The notes under the pieces: generated by a model
What the model was told of the DNA's origin: nothing
Databases searched by the model: none
Seen by the model: the letters and a program-made list of their open reading frames with translations, nothing else
Shown: positions 40,625 to 51,336 of the stretch, one piece after another
Layout: each line of letters opens with the position of its first letter
Position numbering within the stretch: position 1 is the first letter of the stretch
Assembly: GCA_963729715.1 (NCBI GenBank)
Contig: CAVSPA010000007.1
Span: forward strand, 352,001 to 416,000
Direction: 5' to 3'
From: an uncultured delta proteobacterium
Lineage (GTDB): Bacteria; Desulfobacterota; Syntrophia; Syntrophales; UBA2185
DNA: 64,000 nt
Translations under genes and position numbers: made by a program

Positions 40625-41335
40625 TTACTTTAGCTTCTTTTCTATCTCTTTCCAATTCTCTACGACTTCCGCGTCCTCCATGGAATCAAAACTAAAGGCA
40701 AGCGGCTTATACTCCTGGGCGGATTCAATAACGTCCGGCCCCCCGATTATCGCCTTAATCTGCAAATCCCTTTCTTTGATTTCCCTGAATACTTCGCCCT
40801 GACCCCAGGGGAGCACAGGTGCAACAGGAAAATTATTTTTCTTCAGCCATGATCTCACAGATTCCAGACTCAAAAGACCTTTCAGGAGATAGACGATGGG
40901 AAATCTTTTATGGATTCTTGTCACGGCCTTACTGCTTTCCGGTCTTTCTTTTTCTCCAAACGGCCCTTCCAGCAGCGAGCCCCCAACATCAATAAAGACT
41001 ATCCGCGTTTTTTTCTCCAGTGCCAAGAGTATCCCGCTGTTCTTGTCTTCGCCGGATCTCACATTTATTTTGTGGAGACCCGTTCTTGCCGGGACAAATG
41101 TCTTGACGGCAAAGCCATCTCTCCCTGATAGGTTCTTCCCGATAGACCTTCCATCAACGATGAATTCCACAATCTCTCCGCTCTTGCTGAGAAGCGTTCC
41201 CCTTGTTTCCGCTCTGAGCATGACCTCCCGGCCCTTCAGAGCCACATCATCATAGACAAAGACCCGGGATAGCGCCGCATCCGGACAGATAACGAAGAGA
41301 AAAACAGATAAAATGAAAGCAAAGAGAATTCTCAT
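40625..41335 (-). CDS. Hypothetical exported protein (Ig-like N part, HAD-like C part suspected)
   Basis: Signal-peptide-like N-terminus; start refined to MRILFAF; no firm family. Confidence 0.6.
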   Translation of the reverse strand: MRILFAFILSVFLFVICPDAALSRVFVYDDVALKGREVMLRAETRGTLLSKSGEIVEFIVDGRSIGKNLSGRDGFAVKTFVPARTGLHKINVRSGEDKNSGILLALEKKTRIVFIDVGGSLLEGPFGEKERPESSKAVTRIHKRFPIVYLLKGLLSLESVRSWLKKNNFPVAPVLPWGQGEVFREIKERDLQIKAIIGGPDVIESAQEYKPLAFSFDSMEDAEVVENWKEIEKKLK

Positions 41336-41476
41336 ACGATGCCTCGCCTGTACAAAAAAATGGGCCATACCCTTATTTTTATATTAGATAATGCAGGTTC
41401 AGGCAAGGTGAATTTGGGAAGGGCATTGACATTGGTCGATTTCTGTAATAGATTTCTTTGTCTATATTATTTGATT

Positions 41477-42217
41477 ATGAAACAGTTAATTGTAAGAAAT
41501 ATAATCGAGCCGAACGGCAGCAAAAAAGGCAGATGCCTTGCCTGCGGCGCTACGCTGAAGACGGCCCGGCGCAAATACTGCTCCATGGAATGCCGGAAAC
41601 GTCTCCTTTACAAGTTGGATGTAAGAACGGGTCTGATAAGAGCCCTGAACGCGAAGTACGCAACATTCTATTTCTCCGAAGTCATGATAATAATGGACAT
41701 GCTCCCCTACGGGTCTGAGCAGATATTCAGCTTCTTCTATCCGCGGTCTCCCGGAAGCAAACCTGCCGAGGACTTCAGCAGGATGGCCGACATGCTGGGA
41801 AATATCTGGTGGAATGAAAGAAAGCGAACAAACAAGAGATACCTCGCGTCATTCCACCTTCTCGGAAAAGCCATCAAGACCGGCGCGCCATTAATCTCTG
41901 TTAAACCATCAATGGTAAAAGTCCCTTCCATTAAGGCGGCGCACTTATCTCATCTTAAACTTGACAAAGCCCAATTGAACGCGGCGGAACTGCAAAAAAG
42001 CGTTAAAGAAGCATATCGCAGGCAGGCGAAGGTACATCACCCCGATCTCGGAGGTGATGCGGCGACGTTCAGAAAACTCCACCAAGCGTACAGAGAGTTG
42101 ACTTCATGGGCGAGGAGACCCTCTTTCACAAAACGTCGTGGATTCCCCGATAAGTGGTTTTACGATGGGCGTACGAACAAATGGGTGCAGCCGATACCCT
42201 CGCAAATGCAAAGATGA
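41477..42217 (+). CDS. J-domain protein with N-terminal Cys4 zinc motif
   Basis: CLACG...YCSMEC; C-terminal KEAYRRQAKVHHPDLGGDAATFRKL..AY (HPD motif); start refined to ATG 41477. Confidence 0.8.
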   Translation: MKQLIVRNIIEPNGSKKGRCLACGATLKTARRKYCSMECRKRLLYKLDVRTGLIRALNAKYATFYFSEVMIIMDMLPYGSEQIFSFFYPRSPGSKPAEDFSRMADMLGNIWWNERKRTNKRYLASFHLLGKAIKTGAPLISVKPSMVKVPSIKAAHLSHLKLDKAQLNAAELQKSVKEAYRRQAKVHHPDLGGDAATFRKLHQAYRELTSWARRPSFTKRRGFPDKWFYDGRTNKWVQPIPSQMQR

Positions 42218-42315
42218 CGCACTCGTAAGAGAACATGCCCCTGGTTTTTCAAACTGCGGGTGATGGAAAGTGATGTCGCTCTGTGTCATGGTTTTTTCTT
42301 TCCTTGATCCGGCAT

Positions 42316-42343
42316 TAAAGTTTTTTCACCAAAGAGCCGATAT
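42316..42343 (+). promoter_or_regulatory. sigma28 (FliA/SigD)-type promoter
   Basis: TAAA-N16-GCCGATAT about 30 nt before the start codon. Confidence 0.75.
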
Positions 42344-42374
42344 AGGTATACCATTATTGCTTGGAGGTGAAAGC

Positions 42375-42722
42375 ATGTCAGACGCATCTAATGCAGCCCT
42401 TTCCGCCCTCGGTTCTCTTTCCCGTAAAATAGATGTCACAGCCAATAATATCGCTAACGTAAATACTAATAGCTTCAAGAAGAGCCGGGCAGAACTCGAG
42501 GATGTCTACCCTTCAGGCGTCAAAGTCTCCATAAGCCAGGTCGATACGCCGGGCGATGCATTGCCTCCCGACGAAAAGGGCAAAGAGCAGGAATCATCGA
42601 ACGTTAACCTGTCCGAGGAACTTATAAATCTGATTACTACACAGCATGCCTATGCCGCAAATATCAAGACGATTACAACGGAAGACGAGATGAGGAAAAC
42701 TCTTCTCGACACCATCGCCTGA
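42375..42722 (+). CDS. Orphan flagellar basal-body rod (FlgC/FlgG-like) domain protein
   Basis: ANNIANVNT..FK N motif and SNVNL.EE..NLI..Q.AY.AN C motif; GGAGG RBS. Confidence 0.85.
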   Translation: MSDASNAALSALGSLSRKIDVTANNIANVNTNSFKKSRAELEDVYPSGVKVSISQVDTPGDALPPDEKGKEQESSNVNLSEELINLITTQHAYAANIKTITTEDEMRKTLLDTIA

Positions 42723-42787
42723 TGCCTGTCAATTATATCTTGACAAAGAAACCCTCCTTTGTTACTCATCACTTGAAATGACAAAAG

Positions 42788-42940
42788 AATACGGATGGAT
42801 GTGTGGAAGAGGGGTTAAATGCCCCCGCTGCCCCGCAGCCGTGAAGGGAACGAAAGCCTCAAAAAGCCACTGTCATGAAAAGTGCATGCCGGGAAGGCGG
42901 GTGAGTAGGCAGCCCGAAGCCGGAAAACCAATCCATCGCG
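42788..42940 (+). promoter_or_regulatory. Cobalamin riboswitch 3
   Basis: GGAAGAGGGGTTAAATGCCCCCGCTGCCCCGCAGCCGTGA...GCCACTG...GGGAAGGC...GAAGCCGGAAAACC; P1 GATGGAT/ATCCATC; upstream of cobD-cbiP. Confidence 0.85.
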
Positions 42941-43155
42941 GTTCCTCGAGGGGGGATTTTTACGGCTACATTACTTTTCTCAATTATTCCATTCTTACTT
43001 TACCAGCCCGCCATCCCGGTTTGCAAAGATGCCTGCGGTTCGTTCAAATCTGCCAGTTCGCGTGACCATGCCGGAATATCCCCGTCAGCATCCCGTTGCC
43101 ATAACGCTCTTGCCGGAGTGTGTGGCGATAAAGGAGCCTGATACAGGAAAAAGAA

Positions 43156-45729
43156 ATGACACCAAACAAACACGGTGGAAACCTGATAAAATTGGCATCA
43201 GCGGCGGGGCTTTCCCCGGACGATATCCTGGACTTTTCCGCCAATATAAATCCTCTCGGTCCACCGGAATGGGTCAGGCCCCTCATGAGCCGGACGATTT
43301 CCTCCCTCACCCATTATCCTGACCCGGACTGTGGAGCGCTTATTGGTGCCATCTCCGCCCGTTATGGGGTCCGGGAAGATGAGATTGTTGCCGGGAACGG
43401 TTCTACAGAACTCATCTACCTCATACCACGGGAACTTCACGTGAGACGCGCCGTCATTCCCATACCCGCCTATGCAGACTATGCGCGAGCCTCGGAACTC
43501 GCCGGGCTGACGCTGGAAAAGACTATTTTGAAAGAAGAAGACGCCTTCCGGCCCAATCTGGCAGCCATTGAAGCGCGGCTCCGTGAAGGCGACATGATGT
43601 TTATCGGCCAGCCGAGTAATCCAACAGGGTTGGTCTGCAATGCGGATGCCCTGAGAGGCATGGCCATGAGGAATGCGTCCGTCACCTTCGTCATAGACGA
43701 GGCGTTCGCCGCATTTGTGGAAGGCATGGACAGCCTCACGCGCAGGCGTCCCTCCAATGTCATCGTGCTTCTCTCTTTCACCAAGTTCTTTGCAATTCCA
43801 GGCCTGAGACTGGGTTGCGCTATTGCCGACCCTGCCGTCATCTCGCAAATACGGGCGATGATGCCGCCCTGGTCGGTCAATACCCTCGCCCAGGTCGTCG
43901 GGGAAAAGGCCATGGCGGATGAAGAATATGCGAGGAAGACGAAGGCATACTGCCATGCGGAGCGGAAGACGCTTATGGAGCAATTGCAGTCCATCCCCGG
44001 GCTTTATGTGTATCCAGGAGAGGCGAATTATCTCATGGTGCGGATTGACCGAAAAGGGCTGAGCGCGTCTGCGCTCGCAGAGAAGCTCCTGCCCGTGGGA
44101 ATCGCCATCAGGATCTGCGAGAATTTCGATGGACTGGATGCAAGGTTCTTTCGCGTTGCTGTGAGGACTGCTGAAGAAAATGAAATTCTCTTACACAAGC
44201 TCCGCCACGCTCTCGGCGTTACTCACGTCTTGAGTAGAAAGAAAACGAAACCTGCTCTCATGATCCAGGGGACAAGCTCCAACGCGGGAAAGAGTGTCAT
44301 GGCTGCGGCCCTCTGCCGCATCATGCTCCAGGACGGTTACAGCGTCGCGCCCTTCAAGGCGCAGAACATGTCTTTGAACTCCTGCGTCACGCGGGACGGC
44401 GGCGAGATGGGCCGTGCCCAGGTCGTCCAGTCCCAGGCCTCCCGGATCGACCCGGATGTAAGGATGAATCCCATCCTGCTCAAACCCGGCAGCGATACGG
44501 GCGCCCAGGTCATCGTAATGGGAAAGCCTGTAGGGAACATGGATGTGGGACAGTATATCCGCTACAAGCCCGAAGCGTTCCGAAGGGCGTTGGAGGCATA
44601 CGATTCCCTCGCCTCCGAGCACGACGTCATCATCCTGGAGGGAGCGGGCAGCCCCGCGGAAGTTAATCTCAAGCACCACGACATAGTCAACATGGCCATG
44701 GCCCGTTACGCCCGTTCGCCGGTCATTCTGGTCGGTGACATCGACAGAGGCGGAGTCTTTGCTTCATTCGTAGGGACGATGGAGGTCCTTGCCGAATGGG
44801 AAAGGGCGCTGGTCGCGGGGTTTATAATCAACCGTTTTCGGGGGGATGAATCGCTGCTTGATGATGCCATAAATTATGTGGAGCGCCATACAGGGCGTCC
44901 CACTTTCGGCATCGTCCCCTATCTCAAAGGCCTGGGACTCCCGGAAGAGGACTCCGTCACCTTCAAGAACGGCCCGAATGAAGGAACCCGCCCTCCCGGA
45001 GATGCGGTGGAGATCGCACTTATCGACCTTCCCCATATATCAAACTTCACGGATTTTGATTCGCTCCGCTTGGAACCAGACGTGCACCTGCGCGTTGTCC
45101 GGTCATCCCGCGATATCGGGCACCCTGACGCCGTCATCCTGCCAGGGAGCAAGAACGTCATCGGCGACCTGGAATATCTCACGAAGGACGGCCTCGCGGA
45201 AAGGATCGCAGACCTAGCCCATTATGGAAAAACAGAGATTGTCGGCATCTGCGGCGGGTTTCAGCTCCTCGGAGCGGAGATCGCCGACCCGCACGGTATC
45301 GAGTCCGGAGGAAGGACCATCAAAGGACTGGGACTGCTGCCGGTCACAACGACGCTGGCCCCGGAGAAGACCCTCGAATGCGTCTCGGCGCGTCACGCCG
45401 ATTCGGGCATTGCCTTGAAGGGATATGAGATACACCATGGATTGACAAGCGGCATGAACATGCCTGCCGCCGTTGTGCGCGAAGACGGCGCCGTAGTCGG
45501 CGTAAGATCGGAAGACGGACTCCTGTGGGGAACATACCTCCACGGGATATTCGATGCCGATGAATTTCGCCGGTGGTTTGTCGACAGGTTGAGGACCCGC
45601 CGCGGCCTGGCCCCTGTGGGAAGGGTCCTTGCCGCTTATGACCTGGAGCCAGCCTTCGACCGCCTGGCCGATATCGTCCGACGGTGCCTGAATATGGATG
45701 CAATCTATCGGTTGATGGGATTGAGGTGA
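43156..45729 (+). CDS. cobQ: Fused L-threonine-O-3-phosphate decarboxylase (CobD) and cobyric acid synthase (CbiP/CobQ)
   Basis: N half: [31 protein letters not shown] half: [52 protein letters not shown]. Confidence 0.93.
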   Translation: MTPNKHGGNLIKLASAAGLSPDDILDFSANINPLGPPEWVRPLMSRTISSLTHYPDPDCGALIGAISARYGVREDEIVAGNGSTELIYLIPRELHVRRAVIPIPAYADYARASELAGLTLEKTILKEEDAFRPNLAAIEARLREGDMMFIGQPSNPTGLVCNADALRGMAMRNASVTFVIDEAFAAFVEGMDSLTRRRPSNVIVLLSFTKFFAIPGLRLGCAIADPAVISQIRAMMPPWSVNTLAQVVGEKAMADEEYARKTKAYCHAERKTLMEQLQSIPGLYVYPGEANYLMVRIDRKGLSASALAEKLLPVGIAIRICENFDGLDARFFRVAVRTAEENEILLHKLRHALGVTHVLSRKKTKPALMIQGTSSNAGKSVMAAALCRIMLQDGYSVAPFKAQNMSLNSCVTRDGGEMGRAQVVQSQASRIDPDVRMNPILLKPGSDTGAQVIVMGKPVGNMDVGQYIRYKPEAFRRALEAYDSLASEHDVIILEGAGSPAEVNLKHHDIVNMAMARYARSPVILVGDIDRGGVFASFVGTMEVLAEWERALVAGFIINRFRGDESLLDDAINYVERHTGRPTFGIVPYLKGLGLPEEDSVTFKNGPNEGTRPPGDAVEIALIDLPHISNFTDFDSLRLEPDVHLRVVRSSRDIGHPDAVILPGSKNVIGDLEYLTKDGLAERIADLAHYGKTEIVGICGGFQLLGAEIADPHGIESGGRTIKGLGLLPVTTTLAPEKTLECVSARHADSGIALKGYEIHHGLTSGMNMPAAVVREDGAVVGVRSEDGLLWGTYLHGIFDADEFRRWFVDRLRTRRGLAPVGRVLAAYDLEPAFDRLADIVRRCLNMDAIYRLMGLR

Positions 45730-45742
45730 GAGGGTTGTCAGT

Positions 45743-46270
45743 GTGAAAGATAAGAAGCGGATACTGCTCTTTACGGGGGACGGCAAAGGAAAGACGACAG
45801 CCGCCCTAGGCATAGCCCTCCGCGCGTGCGGGCACGGCATGAAGACCATGATAATCCAATTCGTTAAGGCGGATCCCACAACGGGAGAGCTTGCGGCATG
45901 CAGGCATCTGCCCGGTTGCGAGATCGTGCAGACCGGCAGGGGGTTTGTCCCGGAGCGGACCGACCCGGCATTCAGGGAACACCTGATGGCGGCTGCGGAA
46001 GGCCTGAAACGGGCCGCAGAGGCCCTTTCGTCAGGCGGCTACGATCTTATTATTCTCGATGAAATATGCACCGCCATAGGGAAGGGACTTCTTGACGAGG
46101 GACAGGTCATCGAAGCCGTCCAGGGAGGAGCACCAAGGATGTGCGTCGTCATGACGGGCCAGAACGCCACGGCGGGGCTGATATCCCTCTCCGACACGGT
46201 AACAGACATGCGCGTGGTCAAACACGGTTTCCAAGAAGGAATAGAAGGGCAAAAGGGAGTGGAATACTGA
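45743..46270 (+). CDS. cobO: Cob(I)yrinate a,c-diamide adenosyltransferase, paralog 2
   Basis: FTGDGKGKTTAALG, QFVK, ILDEI, KH.F..G...QKGVEY. Confidence 0.9.
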   Translation: MKDKKRILLFTGDGKGKTTAALGIALRACGHGMKTMIIQFVKADPTTGELAACRHLPGCEIVQTGRGFVPERTDPAFREHLMAAAEGLKRAAEALSSGGYDLIILDEICTAIGKGLLDEGQVIEAVQGGAPRMCVVMTGQNATAGLISLSDTVTDMRVVKHGFQEGIEGQKGVEY

Positions 46271-46272
46271 AT

Positions 46273-46311
46273 ATGCACTTGCCCCGGATTGTCATAGCGG
46301 GCACGCAAAGC
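46273..46311 (+). pseudogene. cbiA: 5' stub of cobyrinate a,c-diamide synthase
   Basis: MHLPRIVIAGTQS matches the CbiA/CobB N-terminus and stops just before the expected G.GKTT P-loop; directly follows cobO. Confidence 0.7.
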
Positions 46312-46978
46312 GTCTCGATGGCGACAGAGATTTCGCTGGAACTGGATGCGCATCCCGACATCAGCCGGCGAGCGGGAAGGCTCGATGAGAAGGGATGGCC
46401 CGCCTGATCAGCGAAGGCGGCATCGACGCGATCGTCGATGCGACACACCCTACGCAGTGCTTGTCCGAAAGACGGCGAGTCGCGTATCCAGGCGCCTTAA
46501 TATTCCCTACTTTGCCCTCCGCCGCCCGACGGGCATCCACGGTAGGGAGAGAATTACACTGGCGGCAAGGATCGCCTGCACTGCGGGTCGGACGGTATTT
46601 CTCACCACAGGTGTCACGAACCTCAAACCATACGTAGATGAAGCACGGAAAATGGGAAGCATGCTGATCGTCCGTGTCCTTCCCGCAAAGTCGTCCCTCA
46701 ATGCCTGCCGCGCTCTTGGCATCAATGAAGAATTTATCATCGCGAAGAGGGGGCCATTCTCTGTCGACGAAAACAGATCAGCCATGAAGAGTTTCGGCGT
46801 AGGCGTGCTCGTCACCAAGGATAGCGGCCCTGCCGGGGGAACACCAGAAAAGCTGGAGGCGGCGCGTCTTGAAGGCTGCCCCGTTGTTGTTGTCACGCGA
46901 CCGCAGGAGCCCGCTCATGCTTCCTTCGAGAAACATGCCGACCTGATATCCGCTGTCAGGGCTCGTGTTCCTATATAA
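46312..46978 (+). pseudogene. cbiJ: Precorrin-6x/cobalt-precorrin-6A reductase, 5'-truncated and frameshifted
   Basis: Motifs split over three frames: VSMATE...GRLDEKG / MARLISEGGIDAIVDATHP / YA...RRP...VFLTTG..NL...RVLP...GPFS...N...LVTKDSG..GG..EK..AA...V.RP. Confidence 0.85.
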
Positions 46979-47002
46979 GATGGTTCTCAAACATTCCGGC
47001 GT

Positions 47003-48853
47003 CTAATCTTTATTATCTTCCCTGCGCTTCGATCCCCGCTTATTGTAATCAAGCTCCATCTTCCTGAGGCGTATGTGCTGCGGAGTTATTTCCACAAGCT
47101 CATCCTCAGCGATAAATTCAATTGACTGATCGAGGGAGAGTGGGCGCGGCGGCCTTAGGGTCACAGTTGCTTCCGCCGTTGAACTCCTGATATTTGTGAG
47201 TTTCTTTTCCTTCGTTATATTCACCGGCATATCACCGGTGCGATTGCGTTCGCCGATAATCATCCCACCGTACACCTCGGTCCCCACCTCCACGAAGAGT
47301 TCACCGCGGTCCACCATGGCCAGACTGGCATAGGTCGTGACCCTGCCGTTTCTATCGGCCAGGAGAGCGCCGCTTGCCCGCTGCGGGATCGGTCCGAACC
47401 ACGGTTGATAGTCTTCAAAGAGCGTATTCATCACACCCGCACCTTTGGTATCCGTCAAAAAATGACTGCGGAAACCAATCAGGCCGCGGCAGGGAACAAG
47501 AAACTCCATGTTGACCCGGCCGCTTCCCTTATTGATCAGATGGACCATGCGTCCTTTTCTCACAGCAAGTTTTTCCGTCACAATGCCGACGACCTCTTCG
47601 GGGATATCGATAAAAACGCGCTCCACGGGCTCTAAGGTTTTGCCGTTTTCTTTTTTCGTGATGACGTTTGGCTTCGATACCATGAGCTCATAGCCTTCCC
47701 GGCGCATGGTCTCGATCAGCACGGCCATCTGCAGCTCTCCCCGCCCGCAGACCTCAAAGGCGTCCTTGCGCTCCAATGGTTTAAGTTTCAGCGCCACGTT
47801 CCGGAAACTCTCCTTTTCCAGACGCTCAAGAAGATGACGCGTAGTTAGATACTTCCCTTCCCTGCCGGCAAAGGGACCGTTGTTGACATAAAAGATCATG
47901 GAGACAGTCGGCGCGTCGATAAATATCCGGGGAAGCGGCATGGGGGTTTCCTGCGATGTAATCGTATCGCCGATACTGATGGCCGGGACACCGGCAACAG
48001 CGACAATGTCACCGGCCTCTACAACATCCACCTGTTTTTTCTTCAAGCCGTAAAACGTGTAGAGGGCGGAGAACCTGACTCCTTGCGTGATTGCATCTTC
48101 TCCGCAAAGGGCATATGTCTGATTCATCGCGAGGCTGCCGTTGATCAAACGCCCGATGCCAATCTGCCCCACATAGGGATCGTAATCGAGATTCGTAACA
48201 AGAAACTGGGGAACCTGTGCGTCATCGGCAGCAGGACCGGGTATGGTAGAACAGATGGCGTCAAACAGGGGCTTGAGATCTTCCGATGGATCGTCTGGCT
48301 TCAGATGGGCAATGCCCCGTTTTGCATTGGTATAGAGGATGGGAAACTCGATCTGCCGCTCATTTGCGTCGAGATCGATAAAAAGGTCGTAAATCTCATC
48401 AATGACCTCTTCGATCCGGGCGTCACCGCGGTCGATCTTATTGATGATGACCACAATGGGCAGTTTCTTGGCGAGGGCTTTCTTAACGACAAATCGTGTC
48501 TGCGGCAGCGGTCCCTCGCTGGCATCTACGAGCAGGATGGCCCCATCAACCATATTCAGGCTCCGCTCCACCTCGCCGCCGAAATCCGCATGACCGGGTG
48601 TATCGACGATATTGATCTTGATATTTTCGTACCATATGGCTGTATTCTTCGCCATGATGGTAATCCCCCGCTCCTTTTCGAGATCCATCGAGTCCATCAC
48701 CCGTTCTACGATCTCCTGATTCTCCCGGAATGTGCCGGTCTGCTTGAGCATGGCATCAACAAGGGTCGTTTTGCCGTGATCAACGTGGGCGATGATAACG
48801 ATATTTCTGATGTTCTTTTTTCTCACTCGTGTTGCTGCTCCTTCAAAAGGCAT
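47003..48853 (-). CDS. typA: Translational GTPase TypA/BipA
   Basis: [39 protein letters not shown]...LIETMRREG; alternative start GTG 48826. Confidence 0.97.
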   Translation of the reverse strand: MPFEGAATRVRKKNIRNIVIIAHVDHGKTTLVDAMLKQTGTFRENQEIVERVMDSMDLEKERGITIMAKNTAIWYENIKINIVDTPGHADFGGEVERSLNMVDGAILLVDASEGPLPQTRFVVKKALAKKLPIVVIINKIDRGDARIEEVIDEIYDLFIDLDANERQIEFPILYTNAKRGIAHLKPDDPSEDLKPLFDAICSTIPGPAADDAQVPQFLVTNLDYDPYVGQIGIGRLINGSLAMNQTYALCGEDAITQGVRFSALYTFYGLKKKQVDVVEAGDIVAVAGVPAISIGDTITSQETPMPLPRIFIDAPTVSMIFYVNNGPFAGREGKYLTTRHLLERLEKESFRNVALKLKPLERKDAFEVCGRGELQMAVLIETMRREGYELMVSKPNVITKKENGKTLEPVERVFIDIPEEVVGIVTEKLAVRKGRMVHLINKGSGRVNMEFLVPCRGLIGFRSHFLTDTKGAGVMNTLFEDYQPWFGPIPQRASGALLADRNGRVTTYASLAMVDRGELFVEVGTEVYGGMIIGERNRTGDMPVNITKEKKLTNIRSSTAEATVTLRPPRPLSLDQSIEFIAEDELVEITPQHIRLRKMELDYNKRGSKRREDNKD

Positions 48854-48927
48854 CCCCCCTTATCCGCAGTAATCAGTTTGTATCAGGGCAAGGGGGGATG
48901 ATTATAACGTATTCTTTATATATATGT

Positions 48928-51111
48928 TCAACTATTCATTTCGGTAATTTTAGTTTGCGTTTCCTGATTGAGGAACTCCCATAACCCGACCTGCTTCAGG
49001 GTCTCCACTTTCGGCACCCCTCGCACATTCCAGCCCCGCTCGCGATAGTACGTCTCTATCAATTCTCGCAGCTGTTCTTTCCTGAAGTTCATCAGGATTT
49101 CCCTCTTATCTTTCGTAAGCATCTTCTCTACGTTTGCGAGAGGCTTCCCCGATATTTTGCTTACCTCCGCGTCATGGAAATCCTTCTCGGCATCATAAAG
49201 ATCATTGTCTGTAGGCCCTATCGCCCGGTCAGGTACCCAGTCATACTCGCCTGTTTTTTCACCAAAGATCACCGCATTCATGACCCTCTGCAAATTTATG
49301 TCTCTGTCTGTCCGTTCGTAGATCTTCTCCCATGTGAGGTCCGCACCCAGCATGCCGTTATAGAACTCCGCATACATCTCCTGCGAGGCAGGGTTTATGT
49401 ATATATCGGTGTTCTTCATTTTTTCCGAATCCGGATTGAACACATCCACCCACGGGAGCTTGCAGAGCCCCAGGTTGTCATTGCCGAGACGAACCCGCGG
49501 ATAGGTTATAAGGGCCTTGGCCTTGTCTTTGAAAGAAGGAAAAGCGCCGAGGAGGTCTGCTTTAATAAGCCACGCCGCTGCGTGATGCGCCCCTATGTCA
49601 CTCGCCGCCGCATACGACGCCTGCATAGAAAGAGACCTGTGCGTCCTGTAAAGAGAAAAGGGAAGACCCTTCACCTGCATGGCAAATTTCATGAGCTCCT
49701 TCTTGGGATTTTCGCGGCCCGTTCTTTTGACATACTTCTCGGAGACCCAGTCCAGCAAGCTTCGCATCCCTTTTCCCGCTTCCCTCGCGCACTCCGTTTC
49801 GCCATAGCTAATCTGACGCAGGAAAGTGAGCAACGCCTTTTCATTTCCCCATTGGAGTTCCAGACCGCCCGTATCGTCCTTGGTGAGATAACCCCTCTGA
49901 AAACACTCCATCAAGAACGCGATGATAACAGCAGCTGTTATGGTATCGATCCCTAAGTTATCGCAATGCCAGTTGGCTTCTATGACGGTCTCTGCATTCC
50001 ATATGCCTAAATTTGAGCCGAAACCGCACGCCGTCTCATATTCGGGTCCATCGACCCAGACCTTCGTGCCCTTTTGATCACCTGCTGACAAAGTAACCCA
50101 GCCGCCTTTGGTGCACCGGAGAGAACAGCCGGGATAACACCCGTCCATTCCTCTGTGATCGAAGATATTATCCGCGTAAAATTTACCGCTGATCTGTTCA
50201 GCTCGGGGATCGGAGCCATACTGGTAGTTCTTAACCGGCAGAGATCTATAATTTTCTTTATTCATGAAACTGATGAGTCCCGCACTCCCCTTGCGGTGCA
50301 TTTTCAAGGATACCGGATCAACCTCCCTCACGACCTTGGAAAGCTTTGAGCCCGCTCTTTTCGCCTTTTCCCAGTCTGCTGCTCCATACGGATTGTCGCC
50401 GTGCGGATATTCGGCAAGGATGATGACGGATCGTATTTTTTTATCCACCATCACCGAGCCAAGGCCGGTTCTGCCTGCCTGCTTTGTCCTGAATAATCCT
50501 TTCTGGCCATCACTTGTCTTCGTCGGGTCAAAATAATGACTGTTGATACATCCATATGTCGTACTTGCCGCGCCGATACCGGTTGTGACAAAGGCCATAT
50601 CCTTTTTGTCATAACCTTCCTTTGTAAATTTATCGGCAATGAATTTCTCGAGCTCAAAGACGCGTTCTATCCTCGGCGCTTCAACAATCGTTACTTCATT
50701 TTTAAACCCATCGATGACAATGAAAACGTCTTTTCCCGATTTTCCCGTGATCTCAATTACGTCGAACCCGGCGAATTTCATGTGAGCCCCGAAATGCCCG
50801 CCGAAATTCGATACCCCCGGGATTCCTGTGTGCGGGGACATAGAGAGCGCCATGCATTTGCTCGTGCCGGGAAAATTGGGAACGCCCGCCAGCGGCCCCG
50901 GGGAGAAGATCAAGGGATTCTCCGGAGCGTAGGGGCTCGTGTGCAGGGTCACGCGCCTGTAGAGCAGATACAAGCCCAGAGCCCTACCCCCGACGAAATA
51001 ATCCCTCGCGCGCGGATCAAGATCTTTCGCATCTATCGCTCCGTTATGAATATCGACATTAAGAATCTTGTTTGCGTATCCACGCGTCAATTTTGATTTC
51101 GTATACTTCAT
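48928..51111 (-). CDS. Aldehyde:ferredoxin oxidoreductase family (W/Mo) protein
   Basis: GG...G, SP.T....SN.GG.FG, KQAGR.G.G.V, CYPGCSLRC, DGPEYET, GIDTI, LGLCKLPW, YYRERGW...G.P. Confidence 0.9.
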   Translation of the reverse strand: MKYTKSKLTRGYANKILNVDIHNGAIDAKDLDPRARDYFVGGRALGLYLLYRRVTLHTSPYAPENPLIFSPGPLAGVPNFPGTSKCMALSMSPHTGIPGVSNFGGHFGAHMKFAGFDVIEITGKSGKDVFIVIDGFKNEVTIVEAPRIERVFELEKFIADKFTKEGYDKKDMAFVTTGIGAASTTYGCINSHYFDPTKTSDGQKGLFRTKQAGRTGLGSVMVDKKIRSVIILAEYPHGDNPYGAADWEKAKRAGSKLSKVVREVDPVSLKMHRKGSAGLISFMNKENYRSLPVKNYQYGSDPRAEQISGKFYADNIFDHRGMDGCYPGCSLRCTKGGWVTLSAGDQKGTKVWVDGPEYETACGFGSNLGIWNAETVIEANWHCDNLGIDTITAAVIIAFLMECFQRGYLTKDDTGGLELQWGNEKALLTFLRQISYGETECAREAGKGMRSLLDWVSEKYVKRTGRENPKKELMKFAMQVKGLPFSLYRTHRSLSMQASYAAASDIGAHHAAAWLIKADLLGAFPSFKDKAKALITYPRVRLGNDNLGLCKLPWVDVFNPDSEKMKNTDIYINPASQEMYAEFYNGMLGADLTWEKIYERTDRDINLQRVMNAVIFGEKTGEYDWVPDRAIGPTDNDLYDAEKDFHDAEVSKISGKPLANVEKMLTKDKREILMNFRKEQLRELIETYYRERGWNVRGVPKVETLKQVGLWEFLNQETQTKITEMNS

Positions 51112-51336
51112 TTAATTCTCCTTACGCCGGGCTCCTGCGTCTGCTGCGGTTTTAGGACTTAACGACTACTTGAAGAAAGCGAGAGCCCATTTTTTTAGAA
51201 GGGGCACTATAAGCCAAAGCAAATTAACTTGTCAATTGGAAAAGTTAAGTAGCTTGACATTCGCGGCAATTCATGGTTTAGCCTGCCTTCAGTTAATAGT
51301 TGCTTTTGGGATGGCAGGAGCGCACAGAGAGTCAGC

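Noticed and set aside
42778..43322. Short ORFs upstream of cobD-cbiP
   Set aside because: They overlap cobalamin riboswitch 3 and its leader and show no protein motifs.
46346..46978. 210-aa ORF as an intact cbiJ/cobK gene
   Set aside because: Its N-terminal ~33 aa are out-of-frame sequence. The DATHP motif lies in another frame and the N-terminal nucleotide-binding motif is missing.
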